A stretch of DNA of 64,000 bases. It comes from Steroidobacteraceae bacterium (lineage in GTDB: Bacteria > Pseudomonadota > Gammaproteobacteria > Steroidobacterales > Steroidobacteraceae). Shown piece by piece: positions 19,512 to 28,638 of the stretch. Below the pieces are notes generated by a model. That model did no database searches, was not told where the DNA came from, and saw nothing but the letters and a program-made list of their open reading frames with translations. The translations under genes were made by a program, and so were the position numbers. Numbering within the stretch: the first letter of the stretch is position 1; every line of letters begins with the position of its first letter. The DNA lies in assembly GCA_035701825.1 (NCBI GenBank), contig DASSRK010000088.1:796-64795 (forward strand), in the 5' to 3' direction.

Positions 19512-21644
19512 TCAGTTGGCAGGTTTCAGCCAGCGCGCCAGCCAGTCCGCCACCTCGGAGTAGAACAGCCGGCTGTCTTCTCCCTTGAGTATCCAGTGGT
19601 TCTCGTCCGGAAACACGACGAGACGGCTCGGCACCTGCATGCGCTGCAGCGCGCTCCAGTACTCCAGCGAGTTGTTGAGCGGCACGCGGAAATCGTTCTC
19701 GCCGACGGTTACCAGCGCCGGGGTACGGAACTTCGCCGCGTAGCGGATCGGATTTTGCTCGCGCCACACCGCCCCCTGCTCCCACGGCGGCCCGCCCATG
19801 TTGACCTCGCGCGAGTAGATAGTATCGCTGGTGCCCCACTGCGACTCGAGGTTCACGAGGCCGGCGTGGCTGATCAGGCAGCGGTAGCGCGTGGTGGAGG
19901 CCTGCAACCAGTTGGACAGGTGGCCGCCGTAACTCGCGCCGCCGGCGCACTGGCGGCTGCCGTCGATGAAGCGGAACCGGCGGATGGCCTCGTCGGCGGC
20001 CTCGTTGATCTCGTCGGCCGGGCCCTTGAGCGGATCGCCCTGGATGGAGCTCGCGAATTCCTCGCCGAAGCCGGTCGAGCCCGAGTAGTTGGTCAGCAGC
20101 ACCACGTAGCCCGGGGCCGCGAGCAGGTGGTAGTTCCAGCGCACGAAGAACTGGTCGCGCCACATGCTGTGCGGTCCGCCGTGGATCAGCACGAACAGCG
20201 GGTACTTCTTCGATTGATCGAAACCGGGCGGCCGCACCACGAAGCTCTGGATGCGCTTGCCGCGGCTGGACGTGAACCAGAAGCTCTCGATGGGCGGCAG
20301 GTCGAGCTGCGCGGCGCGCACGTTGTTGAAGTGCGTGATCGGCACCGGCCTGCCGTTGGGAGTGATCATCACGACTTCGCCCGGCTGGGTGGCGCTTTCC
20401 CAGTTGCCGTACAAGTTGGGGTTGCCGGCAGCCGAGGGCATCACGAGGCTGCCGAAGGTGCCCCGGCCGACCGCGAACTTCTCCTCGACCTTGCCGCCTT
20501 CCAGGCTCACCGAGTACAGCTTTTCGTAGCCGGAATCCTCGGCCGTGAAGTACGCGGTGCGCGAATCCGGCGTGAGCACGAACGAGCCTACCGGTCGGTC
20601 GAGGCCTTCGCTGATGAGCCGATAGCCGTCGGGCGTGGGCCACGACAGCGTCGCGAGCCGGGCCTGGTTGTAGACACGCGGTCCCTGTTGCTCGCGAACC
20701 GCGACCAGCTTGCTGCCATCGCGCGTGAAGCGCGGAATCGACCAGGACGCGGAGCCCGTGGTGAGCGCGCGTGGCTCGCCGCCATCGACGTCCACCACGA
20801 ACAACTGCGCCTCGGTGAAGGCGTACGCCGCCTGGTTGCGATTGGTGGTGGCCGGAAACACGATCGCGCGGTTGTCCGGTGTGAACTCCAGCTCCATGTC
20901 CTCGCCCGTGTCGGTCTGGCGTCCGGCGAAGCCGGGGCTGGCGGCGAGTCGCGTGCCAGCGAGCAGATCGCGCGGCGTGCCGACGGGCTGGCCGCCCTCG
21001 TCGAGTGCGATGACCAGGATCCGCACCTGGCGTGGGTCGAGCCAGTGATCCCAGTTGCGCACCGGGAAGCCTTCGAAGATGCGGGCGTTCGACTTGCGGC
21101 CCCGCAGGGCGTCCATCTCGGCCTTGTTGGCCGCGTCGTCCCTGGCGTCGGGAAACATCATGGAGATGAAGGCCAGCTGGCGGCCGTCGTGCGAGAACAC
21201 CGCGCCGCGCGCGCCGCCGGCGAGATTGGTCAATCGCTGGGCCTCGCCGCCTTCGGCGAGGTCGAGCATGTAGAGCTGCGGCGCGACGTCATTCTCGCGT
21301 TCGGCGGAGAACACGATGCGGCGGCTGTCGGGACTCCACACGACGCCGGTCTCGGGACGGCGCGTCGAAGTCAGTCGGCGCGAGGAATTGCGCGCGTTGG
21401 GGTCGATGAGCCACAGGTCGCTGTGCTGCGTGTTCTCGTCGTAGGAGGGCTCGGCCAGCGACACCACGACCCAGCGGCCGTCGGGGCTCACTTGCGGCGC
21501 GCCGACACGCCTCATGAGCCAGATGTCTTCGTGGGTGGGGATGCGCCTGGCGGTCTCCTTGGCGTCCAGTGGCCACGGCAGGGCGGCGAATGACGGCGAC
21601 GCGATCAGCGCGCACAGGCAGAAGGCAGTGCGGATGAATTTCAT
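19512..21644 (-). CDS. S9 family serine peptidase (prolyl oligopeptidase/dipeptidyl aminopeptidase-like), secreted
   Basis: 710 aa with a signal peptide, a beta-propeller N-domain, and an alpha/beta-hydrolase C-domain with nucleophile motif GGASYGG. Confidence 0.9.
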   Translation of the reverse strand: MKFIRTAFCLCALIASPSFAALPWPLDAKETARRIPTHEDIWLMRRVGAPQVSPDGRWVVVSLAEPSYDENTQHSDLWLIDPNARNSSRRLTSTRRPETGVVWSPDSRRIVFSAERENDVAPQLYMLDLAEGGEAQRLTNLAGGARGAVFSHDGRQLAFISMMFPDARDDAANKAEMDALRGRKSNARIFEGFPVRNWDHWLDPRQVRILVIALDEGGQPVGTPRDLLAGTRLAASPGFAGRQTDTGEDMELEFTPDNRAIVFPATTNRNQAAYAFTEAQLFVVDVDGGEPRALTTGSASWSIPRFTRDGSKLVAVREQQGPRVYNQARLATLSWPTPDGYRLISEGLDRPVGSFVLTPDSRTAYFTAEDSGYEKLYSVSLEGGKVEEKFAVGRGTFGSLVMPSAAGNPNLYGNWESATQPGEVVMITPNGRPVPITHFNNVRAAQLDLPPIESFWFTSSRGKRIQSFVVRPPGFDQSKKYPLFVLIHGGPHSMWRDQFFVRWNYHLLAAPGYVVLLTNYSGSTGFGEEFASSIQGDPLKGPADEINEAADEAIRRFRFIDGSRQCAGGASYGGHLSNWLQASTTRYRCLISHAGLVNLESQWGTSDTIYSREVNMGGPPWEQGAVWREQNPIRYAAKFRTPALVTVGENDFRVPLNNSLEYWSALQRMQVPSRLVVFPDENHWILKGEDSRLFYSEVADWLARWLKPAN

Positions 21645-21692
21645 GGGGTGAACGGTAGCGCAACTCGCGGCGGCTTGGGCAGACTACGCGCC

Positions 21693-22775
21693 GTGAAAAA
21701 ACCGTCGCGGCCGTTGCTGATCGGGGTCGGCATCCTCGCACTGGTCCTGTGCCTCGCGGCCATCGAAGTCGCCCGCTTCGCGGGTGAGTTGCGCGGATTC
21801 GATGCCCGGTTCCCCGGAAGCTGCACGACCATCGCGCTGTCCGGCAGCGCGGAGGACGTGCAGGTCGACCAGCAACGCGGGATTGCCTATCTATCGATCC
21901 TCGATCGGACCGCCCCGGCTGGTTCCGGCGTCACCGGCTCGGTGATGTTGCTCGACCTGAACCTGGAGCAACCCGCGCCACGCGCGGCCCTCGCCTGGGA
22001 CCCGCCGAAGTTCCGCCCGCATGGCCTGTCGCTGTTGGCGCAGGCGGGCCAGCCCCGCCGGCTGTTCGCGATTTCCCACGGGCCCGACGGCAGCCACACG
22101 GTCGAGGTGGCCGAGGAGTCGGGCGGCGCCTTCTTCCCGAAGCAAACGCTGCGCGACGCCGCGTTCGTGAAGCCCAACGCGCTGGTGGCGGTCGGGCCGC
22201 GCGAGTTCTACCTGGTCAACAGCAGCGACGCGCCGGACGACGCGCCTCGATTGCGCGAGTTCCTGCTGCGCCAGGGTCGCGGCAGCCTGGTGTACTTCGA
22301 CGGTCGGCACGCACGGGTGCTCGAGCAGGGTCTCGGCTTTCCGGCGGGCATCGCCGCAAGCCCCGATGGCACGCGCCTGTACGTCGGCGAAGCGCTGTCC
22401 AAGCGCCTGCGCATCTATCGCCGCGACCCGGCGAGCGGCGACGTTGCGCTCGAGGAAGTTGTGGCTCTCGGGACCGCGCCTGACAACATCAATGTCGACG
22501 CGGACGGCGTGGTCTGGATCGCGGCGCATCCCAGGTTGTTTGCCTTCCTGCGCCATGCGCGCGACCCTGCGCGCCACGCGCCCACGCAGGTGTTGCGGTT
22601 CGATCCGCGCCAACCGAAACCCACAGCGGGCGCGGACGACCCACGGCTGCTCCAGGTCTACGGCAACGACGGCGCGCAGATTTCCGCCGGCTCGGTCGCC
22701 GCCCACTGGCGCAGCGAAATGATCATTGGCGCAGTCTTCGATCCCAAGGTGCTCATTTGCAAACCACCCCCGTGA
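21693..22775 (+). CDS. paraoxonase/arylesterase-like beta-propeller protein with N-terminal membrane anchor
   Basis: PON-like pattern (GSAEDVQVD...GIAYLS, HGLSLL, LFAISHG...HTVEV). The track start 21648 lies only 3 nt from the divergent peptidase ATG, so GTG 21693 just before the TM helix is preferred. The start remains uncertain. Confidence 0.6.
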   Translation: MKKPSRPLLIGVGILALVLCLAAIEVARFAGELRGFDARFPGSCTTIALSGSAEDVQVDQQRGIAYLSILDRTAPAGSGVTGSVMLLDLNLEQPAPRAALAWDPPKFRPHGLSLLAQAGQPRRLFAISHGPDGSHTVEVAEESGGAFFPKQTLRDAAFVKPNALVAVGPREFYLVNSSDAPDDAPRLREFLLRQGRGSLVYFDGRHARVLEQGLGFPAGIAASPDGTRLYVGEALSKRLRIYRRDPASGDVALEEVVALGTAPDNINVDADGVVWIAAHPRLFAFLRHARDPARHAPTQVLRFDPRQPKPTAGADDPRLLQVYGNDGAQISAGSVAAHWRSEMIIGAVFDPKVLICKPPP

Positions 22776-23122
22776 ATCCCCGCCCTCCCTCGCATGGAGT
22801 ACGCCTCGCCGCGATGCTGGTCGGCGGCGGCATCAACCTCGTCGGCGCGCTGGTCGTGATCTTCGGCGTCACTACTGGCAGCCCCAACCTGCTCGCGTCG
22901 TGGATGCTGGTCCAGTTCCTCTCCGGGACCTGGGCCGGCGTGTTCGGCGCCAACAGCCCGTTCCTCAACGGCTTGGTGGCCGGCCTTCCGGCGGTGGCAC
23001 TGTCGCTGCTGTTCAACGGCCCGGTGCACTGGGTGTTCGCCCTGATGACGTGGTCCATGGTGCCCGCGTCGGCGCTGATCGCCGCGGCGATCATGCGCTT
23101 CATGCGCAAGCGCGCGCCGTAG
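22757..23122 (+). CDS. hypothetical integral membrane protein (about 4 TM)
   Basis: 121 aa, strongly hydrophobic, with good GC3. A TTG start overlaps the preceding gene. An internal ATG (MLVGGG) is an alternative start. Confidence 0.5.
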   Translation: MQTTPVNPRPPSHGVRLAAMLVGGGINLVGALVVIFGVTTGSPNLLASWMLVQFLSGTWAGVFGANSPFLNGLVAGLPAVALSLLFNGPVHWVFALMTWSMVPASALIAAAIMRFMRKRAP

Positions 23123-23146
23123 GCAGGGGGCGATCGCCCCGCCTGT

Positions 23147-23779
23147 TCAGGGCTGGCGGCGTTCGCGCGTCGCGTCGCCGAAGGCTTCGAGGTAGTCCGC
23201 GCGCGACGCCTCGATCACCGCCTTCGCGTGCTCGTAACCGTACTTCCCCGACACCGTCAGGTTGTTAGGCTCGCCGGGGATCAGCTTGTAGGTGCTGAAG
23301 TAGTGCTCGAGCCGCTCGACCAGCACCGGCGCGAGCTGCGAGATGTCCTTGACGTGATCCCACAGGTAGTCGCCTTCGAGCACGGCGATGATCTTGTCGT
23401 CGGCCTCGCCGCGATCGATGAGCTTGATGCCGCCGACCACGCGCGCGCGCAGCAGCACCTCGGAGCGCTCGATGGGCCGCTCGCTCACCACGCAGATGTC
23501 GAGCGGATCGCCGTCGCCCTTCTCGCAGCCCGGCGCGAGCTTCGCGACGCGCGTGCTGCAATAGGTGCGCGGGATGAAGCCGTACAGCGCCGGCGGGTGC
23601 GACGAGGAGCGTTGCGGCCGGTCGACCATGAGATAGCCCGAGGCCTTGTCGATCTCGTACTTGATCATGTCGAAGGGCGTGATCTCGATGTAGGCGATGA
23701 CCACGCGCGGGGCATTGGGGCCGATATCCAGGCCGTGCCAGGGGTGCGGGCGCCAGCGCGAAAAATCATGATCTTTCAT
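23147..23779 (-). CDS. ppa: inorganic pyrophosphatase (family I, long form)
   Basis: 210 aa from ATG 23779 with PPase motifs [15 protein letters not shown] and [11 protein letters not shown]. Confidence 0.87.
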   Translation of the reverse strand: MKDHDFSRWRPHPWHGLDIGPNAPRVVIAYIEITPFDMIKYEIDKASGYLMVDRPQRSSSHPPALYGFIPRTYCSTRVAKLAPGCEKGDGDPLDICVVSERPIERSEVLLRARVVGGIKLIDRGEADDKIIAVLEGDYLWDHVKDISQLAPVLVERLEHYFSTYKLIPGEPNNLTVSGKYGYEHAKAVIEASRADYLEAFGDATRERRQP

Positions 23780-23883
23780 GGGGGTGAACTCTAAATGAGT
23801 TGCGCCTCGCCTCCCAGCCCATGGCGGCTCATAAGGGCCTGCCGCATGGTCAGGCGCGCCCGTGGCGACTATCCTCACGGCCC

Positions 23884-24978
23884 ATGTCATCCGCCATACA
23901 CGCGGCCATCACCGGTTGGGGCAAGTGCCTGCCGCCCTCGGTGCTGAGCAACGCGGACCTCGCGACCTTCCTCGACACCAGCGACGAGTGGATCCTGACG
24001 CGCACCGGCATCCGCGAGCGGCGCGTGTCACACGTGCCGGTGAGCGAGCTCGGCTTCGTCGCCGCGGCGCGCGCGCTGGCCTGCGCCGGTCTCGACGGCA
24101 AACAGCTCGAGCTGATCGTCTTCGGCTCGACCAGCTACGACGACCAGGTGCCGAACGTCGCCTCGGGCATCCAGCGCCGCGTGGGCGCCGAAGGCTGCGC
24201 CGCCATGGACGTGAACACGGCCTGCACCAGTTTCCTGTATTCGCTGTCCACGGCCACCGCCATGATCCGCACCGGGGTCGTCGGCAATGCGCTGGTCATC
24301 GGCGCCGAGGTGATCTCGCCATTCATGGACTGGAGCGACCGCAACGTCGCGGTGTTGTTCGGCGATGGCGCCGCGGCCGTGGTGCTGCAGGCCACCGATC
24401 GCGAAGAAGGACTGCTGGCCGAGCGCCTCGGCTGCTACGGCGATTCGCGCGAAATCCTGCGCGTGCACGGCATGGGCGCGGGATATGGGCACCAGGACCG
24501 GGTACTCGGCAAGACCGAGTGGCAGTTCGAGGGCCAGGAGATCTTCAAGAAGGCCGTACACGGCATGGCCATCGCCTGCGACGAGGCGCTGAAGAAAGCC
24601 GGCAAGCGCGCCGACGACGTCGACCTCGTGGTCCCGCACCAGGCCAACCTGCGCATCATCGAGGCCGTGGCCAGGAAGGCCGGCGTCCCGATGGAGCGCG
24701 TGTTCACCAACGTGGCTCGCTACGGCAACATGTCCGCGGCCACCGTGCCGGTCGCGCTGTGCGAGGCGCTGGAAGAAGGGCGCGTGAAGCCGGGCGCGCT
24801 GCTGCTCATGCCCTCGTTCGGTGGCGGCCTCACCTTCACTGGCCACGTGGTGCGCTGGGGTGAGCGCGTGGCGCCGCTCGGCGGGAGCGACGCGGAGTTG
24901 CCACCAGCTAACCAGTCGGCGCTCGAGATCGTGAACCGCTATCGCGGCATCAAGACGCTGCGCGTCACGTCCGCTTGA
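23884..24978 (+). CDS. beta-ketoacyl-ACP synthase III (FabH-like) with about 40-aa C-terminal extension
   Basis: [18 protein letters not shown]...[14 protein letters not shown], active-site region [17 protein letters not shown] and FGGGLTF. ATG at 23884. Confidence 0.85.
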   Translation: MSSAIHAAITGWGKCLPPSVLSNADLATFLDTSDEWILTRTGIRERRVSHVPVSELGFVAAARALACAGLDGKQLELIVFGSTSYDDQVPNVASGIQRRVGAEGCAAMDVNTACTSFLYSLSTATAMIRTGVVGNALVIGAEVISPFMDWSDRNVAVLFGDGAAAVVLQATDREEGLLAERLGCYGDSREILRVHGMGAGYGHQDRVLGKTEWQFEGQEIFKKAVHGMAIACDEALKKAGKRADDVDLVVPHQANLRIIEAVARKAGVPMERVFTNVARYGNMSAATVPVALCEALEEGRVKPGALLLMPSFGGGLTFTGHVVRWGERVAPLGGSDAELPPANQSALEIVNRYRGIKTLRVTSA

Positions 24979-25016
24979 CCGCCCAACCTGGGCGAAATCT
25001 GGATAAGGTCCACCGC

Positions 25017-25937
25017 ATGAGACGTGTCGTCGCAAGCGCCTGCCTGTTGTTCGCCGTATGGGTCCAGCCTGGACATGCCGGGCCGGCCAGCCCTGAAATC
25101 CAGGCGGTGCAGGCCGAACTCTCCGCGCTGCACCAGTGGCGCAACCTGCTCAAGGGCGACGGCAAGAAGGCGCCGGTCGACCCGCGCGGTCGTCGCGAAT
25201 ACGACGACTTCGTGCAATACGCGATGCCCGATCAACTCGAAGTACGCATCGTGGAACTGCTGGAGCGCGCCACGAAGAACTGGAGCGATGCGCAGGCATC
25301 GCTCGACGAAGCGCGCAAGCTTACCGAGGCCGCGAAGCGCAGTTCCACCAGCATCCACGAGTATCACTCGCGCGCCAACAAGACCAACTGGCGCGACCGT
25401 TGGCGGGTGTTCGCCGCGGGCAATGGATTGTCGACGACGCTGCCGAGCGCGGATTTCGACGCCGCCGAGAAGGACTATTCCGAACAGCTCGCCAGGGGCG
25501 ACTTCGAGGCTGTGGTCATCGACGCGATCCCCAGGATGGACGCGGCGCTCAAGGCCGCCATCCAGCAGGCCACCACCGACCTGGTGGCGAGGAATTCCGA
25601 GCAGCTGAAGTTCATCACCCGATCCACGCCCTGCACGACCCAGGCCGCGAACGGCAAGCAGAAGGCGAGCATTACCCGCGCGGTCTCACCGATCGACTAC
25701 TACCCGCCCAGTTCCATTCGCCGCAGTGAAGAGGGCGACATCGTGCTGCGCGCCCAAGTGCGGGCGGACAGTTGCGCCGATGCGGTCGCAATCGTCGTGA
25801 GTTCCGGCTATCCGGATCTCGATGCCGCGGCCTTGCAGGTGTTCGAGGCCACGTCGTTCGCGGCGGGGGTCGACGAGCAGGGCGCGCCGGTGGCCAGCCA
25901 TTTCACCTTCAAGATCCGGTTCACGCTCAAGGACTGA
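25017..25937 (+). CDS. secreted protein with TonB C-terminal-like domain
   Basis: Signal peptide MRRVVASACLLFAVWVQPGHA, a helical middle region, and a TonB_C-like C-terminus (YPPSSIRRSEEGDIVLRAQV...GYPDLDAAALQVFE...FKIRFTL). Confidence 0.62.
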   Translation: MRRVVASACLLFAVWVQPGHAGPASPEIQAVQAELSALHQWRNLLKGDGKKAPVDPRGRREYDDFVQYAMPDQLEVRIVELLERATKNWSDAQASLDEARKLTEAAKRSSTSIHEYHSRANKTNWRDRWRVFAAGNGLSTTLPSADFDAAEKDYSEQLARGDFEAVVIDAIPRMDAALKAAIQQATTDLVARNSEQLKFITRSTPCTTQAANGKQKASITRAVSPIDYYPPSSIRRSEEGDIVLRAQVRADSCADAVAIVVSSGYPDLDAAALQVFEATSFAAGVDEQGAPVASHFTFKIRFTLKD

Positions 25938-26004
25938 CGCGTATCGGGTCATCGCCACCCGTGATCTACCAGCTCGCCGAACACTTGTGTGCGCGAGCGC
26001 GCAC

Positions 26005-27114
26005 TCACTGCACGTCGATGATCACCTTGCCGCGCGCGTGGCCCTCCTCCACGTACGCCACCGCCTCCTGCACCTGCGCCAGTGGATAGCGCCGGTCGAT
26101 GATCGTCCTGATCCGCCCCGAACCGAGCAGCTCCGCCAGGTGCGCGAAATCCTGCTGGCTGAACTCCGCCACGAAGAACTTGAACTCGTGGTCGGAGAAC
26201 GGACCGTACGCCATTGCCTTCAACGGCGCGGCCAGCGGACCTAGCCACGGGTTGGTGCTGGTGCTCCCGACCAGGACTACCTTGCCGGCCGGGTCCAGCA
26301 CCTTCTCGAGCTCGCGCAACCCGTGGTTGCCCACCGTATCGACGATCAGGTCGTAGCGCTCGGGGCGTGTGGTGAAGTCGACATTCTTGTAGTCGAGCAC
26401 GCGGTCCGCGCCGATCGATGCCACCATGTCGACGTTGCGCGTGCTGCAGACGCCGGTGACGTTCGCGCCCATGGCCTTGGCGATCTGCACGGCATACGTG
26501 CCGACGCCGCCCGATGCGCCGTTGATGAGCACCTTCTGGCCGGCCTTGAGCCCGCCCTGGTCGCGCAAGGCCTGCAGCGCGGTGATCGCGGCCACCGCCA
26601 CTCCGCCGGCCTCCTCGTGCGTGACGTTCGCCGGCTTGTGCGCCACGTTGCCGTTGGCGCGCACGCGCACGTATTGGCCAAAGGCACCACCCGCGCCACC
26701 GAACACCTCGTCGCCCGCCTTGAAATCATTCACGTCCTTGCCGACGGCTTCGACGATGCCGGAGAAGTCCGTGCCGATGTGCGGGTCCCTGGGCGCGCCG
26801 AAGCCGGCCTGCATGCGCATGATGTACGGCTCGCCACGCATGTAGTGCCACTCGAGCGGGTTCACCGACGACGCCACGACCTTCACCAGCAGCATGTCGT
26901 CCTCGATGACCGGCTTCGGCACGCGCTCGAACTGCAGCACCGAGGCGGGGCCGTAGCAGTGGTAGCGCACCGCCGCCATCGAATCGGCGCCGGTGGCCAT
27001 CGCTCCGGCCGGGGCGGGACAGGGATCGTTGTGGCTGATGGCGTACGCGAAGACCGACAGTGCCACGACCAGGACCAGCAGGATGGATCCGAGGATCTTC
27101 TTACGCAGCCTCAT
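26005..27114 (-). CDS. zinc-type/MDR NAD(P)-dependent alcohol dehydrogenase or quinone oxidoreductase with N-terminal TM segment
   Basis: 369 aa with the medium-chain dehydrogenase pattern (GDEVFG..., VLINGASGGVGTYAVQIAK). Confidence 0.85.
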   Translation of the reverse strand: MRLRKKILGSILLVLVVALSVFAYAISHNDPCPAPAGAMATGADSMAAVRYHCYGPASVLQFERVPKPVIEDDMLLVKVVASSVNPLEWHYMRGEPYIMRMQAGFGAPRDPHIGTDFSGIVEAVGKDVNDFKAGDEVFGGAGGAFGQYVRVRANGNVAHKPANVTHEEAGGVAVAAITALQALRDQGGLKAGQKVLINGASGGVGTYAVQIAKAMGANVTGVCSTRNVDMVASIGADRVLDYKNVDFTTRPERYDLIVDTVGNHGLRELEKVLDPAGKVVLVGSTSTNPWLGPLAAPLKAMAYGPFSDHEFKFFVAEFSQQDFAHLAELLGSGRIRTIIDRRYPLAQVQEAVAYVEEGHARGKVIIDVQ

Positions 27115-27165
27115 GGCGCCCTCCCAGGCTCCGCGCGGGGGAACCTAGTTAGCACCTCGGCCGCC

Positions 27166-27208
27166 AAACGACAACGCCCGCGTGATTGCTCACGCGGGCG
27201 TCGTTGGA
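27166..27208 (-). terminator. candidate terminator hairpin downstream of the THX gene
   Basis: 11-bp perfect GC-rich stem (CACGCGGGCGT/ACGCCCGCGTG) with a 6-nt loop. Only a short TTTGG tract follows on the minus strand. Confidence 0.45.
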
Positions 27209-27229
27209 CCTGTGCTTCTTTCGTCTGGC

Positions 27230-27343
27230 CTAGGCTTTCTTCTTTGCCTTTGCTTTTTTCTTCGCTGGATCCTTGGCGCGGGTCTTGCCGAAAGAGCCCG
27301 CGTAGATCTTTCCGCGCCTCGTGCGCCGATCGCCCTTACCCAT
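27230..27343 (-). CDS. 30S ribosomal protein THX
   Basis: A 37-aa ORF absent from the track: MGKGDRRTRRGKIYAGSFGKTRAKDPAKKKAKAKKKKA. The N-terminal 20 residues nearly match Thermus-type THX (MGKGDRRTRRGKIW.G.YGK). Confidence 0.75.
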   Translation of the reverse strand: MGKGDRRTRRGKIYAGSFGKTRAKDPAKKKAKAKKKA

Positions 27344-27539
27344 TCGCTTCTTCCTTGTTCTGCGCAATCCACAGGAGTGCAGCCTCGATGTCCGAGAGCT
27401 GCGCAGCGGTCATGCCAGGGATGCGGCCACCGCCGGCTTCCTGCTTGACGCGCGCAAGCTCGGTGGACGACACCGTGCTCACCCAGGTGAGCCCGCGGCG
27501 CACCTTGCTTGTGAATTTCTGGGATTTTTCTTCGGTCAT
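27336..27539 (-). CDS. hypothetical 67-aa protein, translationally coupled to the THX gene
   Basis: ATG lies 6 nt after GAGGAG. Its TAA sits inside the THX start region (AATGGGTAA, 8-nt overlap). Moderate GC3. No family recognised. Confidence 0.45.
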   Translation of the reverse strand: MTEEKSQKFTSKVRRGLTWVSTVSSTELARVKQEAGGGRIPGMTAAQLSDIEAALLWIAQNKEEANG

Positions 27540-27582
27540 ATCGACTCCTCGTCACCTCATCGCGGGCCGAAACATAGCGCCT

Positions 27583-28638
27583 CTAACGATATCGCGCCAG
27601 AACTTTCGCGAGAGCCGCCGACCCCGGCGACAGCCGGCCATGGGGAATCTGGTTGAGAGGAATAGCCGATGTCTCATTGACTTCGTGGAACTCCTTGCCG
27701 TCAGTGTCCACGTACAGCAGGCCGGTCAGGAATTCACCTTTTTTCAAGCGTTCCTGGATCGCGCTGCTCGCGGCGGCGCGGTCGGTCGGGTCATAACCCG
27801 CATCCAGCTTGCGCAGCAGTATCCGGCTGCCGTCGTGCAGCACCACCGGCAGCGCATCGCCCTCCGGGTACTGCGCGGTGATTTCCCGCTGGAACGGCAC
27901 GAAGTCGGCATGCACGGCCGCGTCGTAGTGCTCGCGCGTGTACTGGTAGCTCTTGGTGGAGCCCTCGTGGTCGTTGAAGGTCACGCACGGCGACAGCACG
28001 TCGATCAGCGCGAAGCCCTTGTGGCGCATGGCGGCCTGGATCAATGGCACCAATTGTTGTTTGTCGCCGGAGAAGCTGCGCGCCACGAAGGTGGCGCCGA
28101 GCGTCAGGGCGAGCAGCACCGGGTCGATCGGCGGTTGCTGGTTGACCTCGCCTTTCTTCGCCCGGGTGCCGACGTCGGCCGACGCCGAGAACTGCCCCTT
28201 GGTGAGGCCGTACACACCGTTGTTCTCGATGATGTACGCCATGTTGAGGTTGCGGCGGATGGCATGGCAGAACTGGCCGAGGCCGATGGACAGGGTATCG
28301 CCGTCGCCGGACACCCCCACGTAGGTCAGGTTGCGATTGGCGGCGTTGGCGCCCATGGCGATCGAAGGCATGCGGCCGTGCACGGAGTTGAAGCCGTGCC
28401 CACCGCTCACGAAGTACGCCGTGGTCTTCGACGAACAGCCGATGCCCGAGAGCTTCACCATGTCCTGCGGCTGGATGTCGAGGCCCCAGGTGGCTTCGAT
28501 AATAGCCGCGGTGATCGAGTCATGGCCGCACCCCGCGCACAGCGTCGACAGCGCGCCCTCGTAGTCGCGGCGCGTCAGCCCGAGCGCGTTCTTCGGCAAC
28601 GAAGGGTGCCTGACCTTGGGTTTGGGCAGGAATGTCAT
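27583..28638 (-). CDS. korB: 2-oxoacid:ferredoxin oxidoreductase beta subunit (TPP-binding)
   Basis: 351 aa. CAGCGHDSI, the TPP motif GDGD..SIGLGQ, and NNGVYGLTKGQ. ATGA overlap with korA. Confidence 0.92.
   Translation of the reverse strand: MTFLPKPKVRHPSLPKNALGLTRRDYEGALSTLCAGCGHDSITAAIIEATWGLDIQPQDMVKLSGIGCSSKTTAYFVSGGHGFNSVHGRMPSIAMGANAANRNLTYVGVSGDGDTLSIGLGQFCHAIRRNLNMAYIIENNGVYGLTKGQFSASADVGTRAKKGEVNQQPPIDPVLLALTLGATFVARSFSGDKQQLVPLIQAAMRHKGFALIDVLSPCVTFNDHEGSTKSYQYTREHYDAAVHADFVPFQREITAQYPEGDALPVVLHDGSRILLRKLDAGYDPTDRAAASSAIQERLKKGEFLTGLLYVDTDGKEFHEVNETSAIPLNQIPHGRLSPGSAALAKVLARYR

Noticed and set aside
23122-23146. GC palindrome GGGGCGATCGCCCC between the convergent membrane-protein gene and ppa, considered as a bidirectional terminator
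   Set aside because: The stem is plausible, but neither side has a T-tract. I did not list it as a terminator feature.
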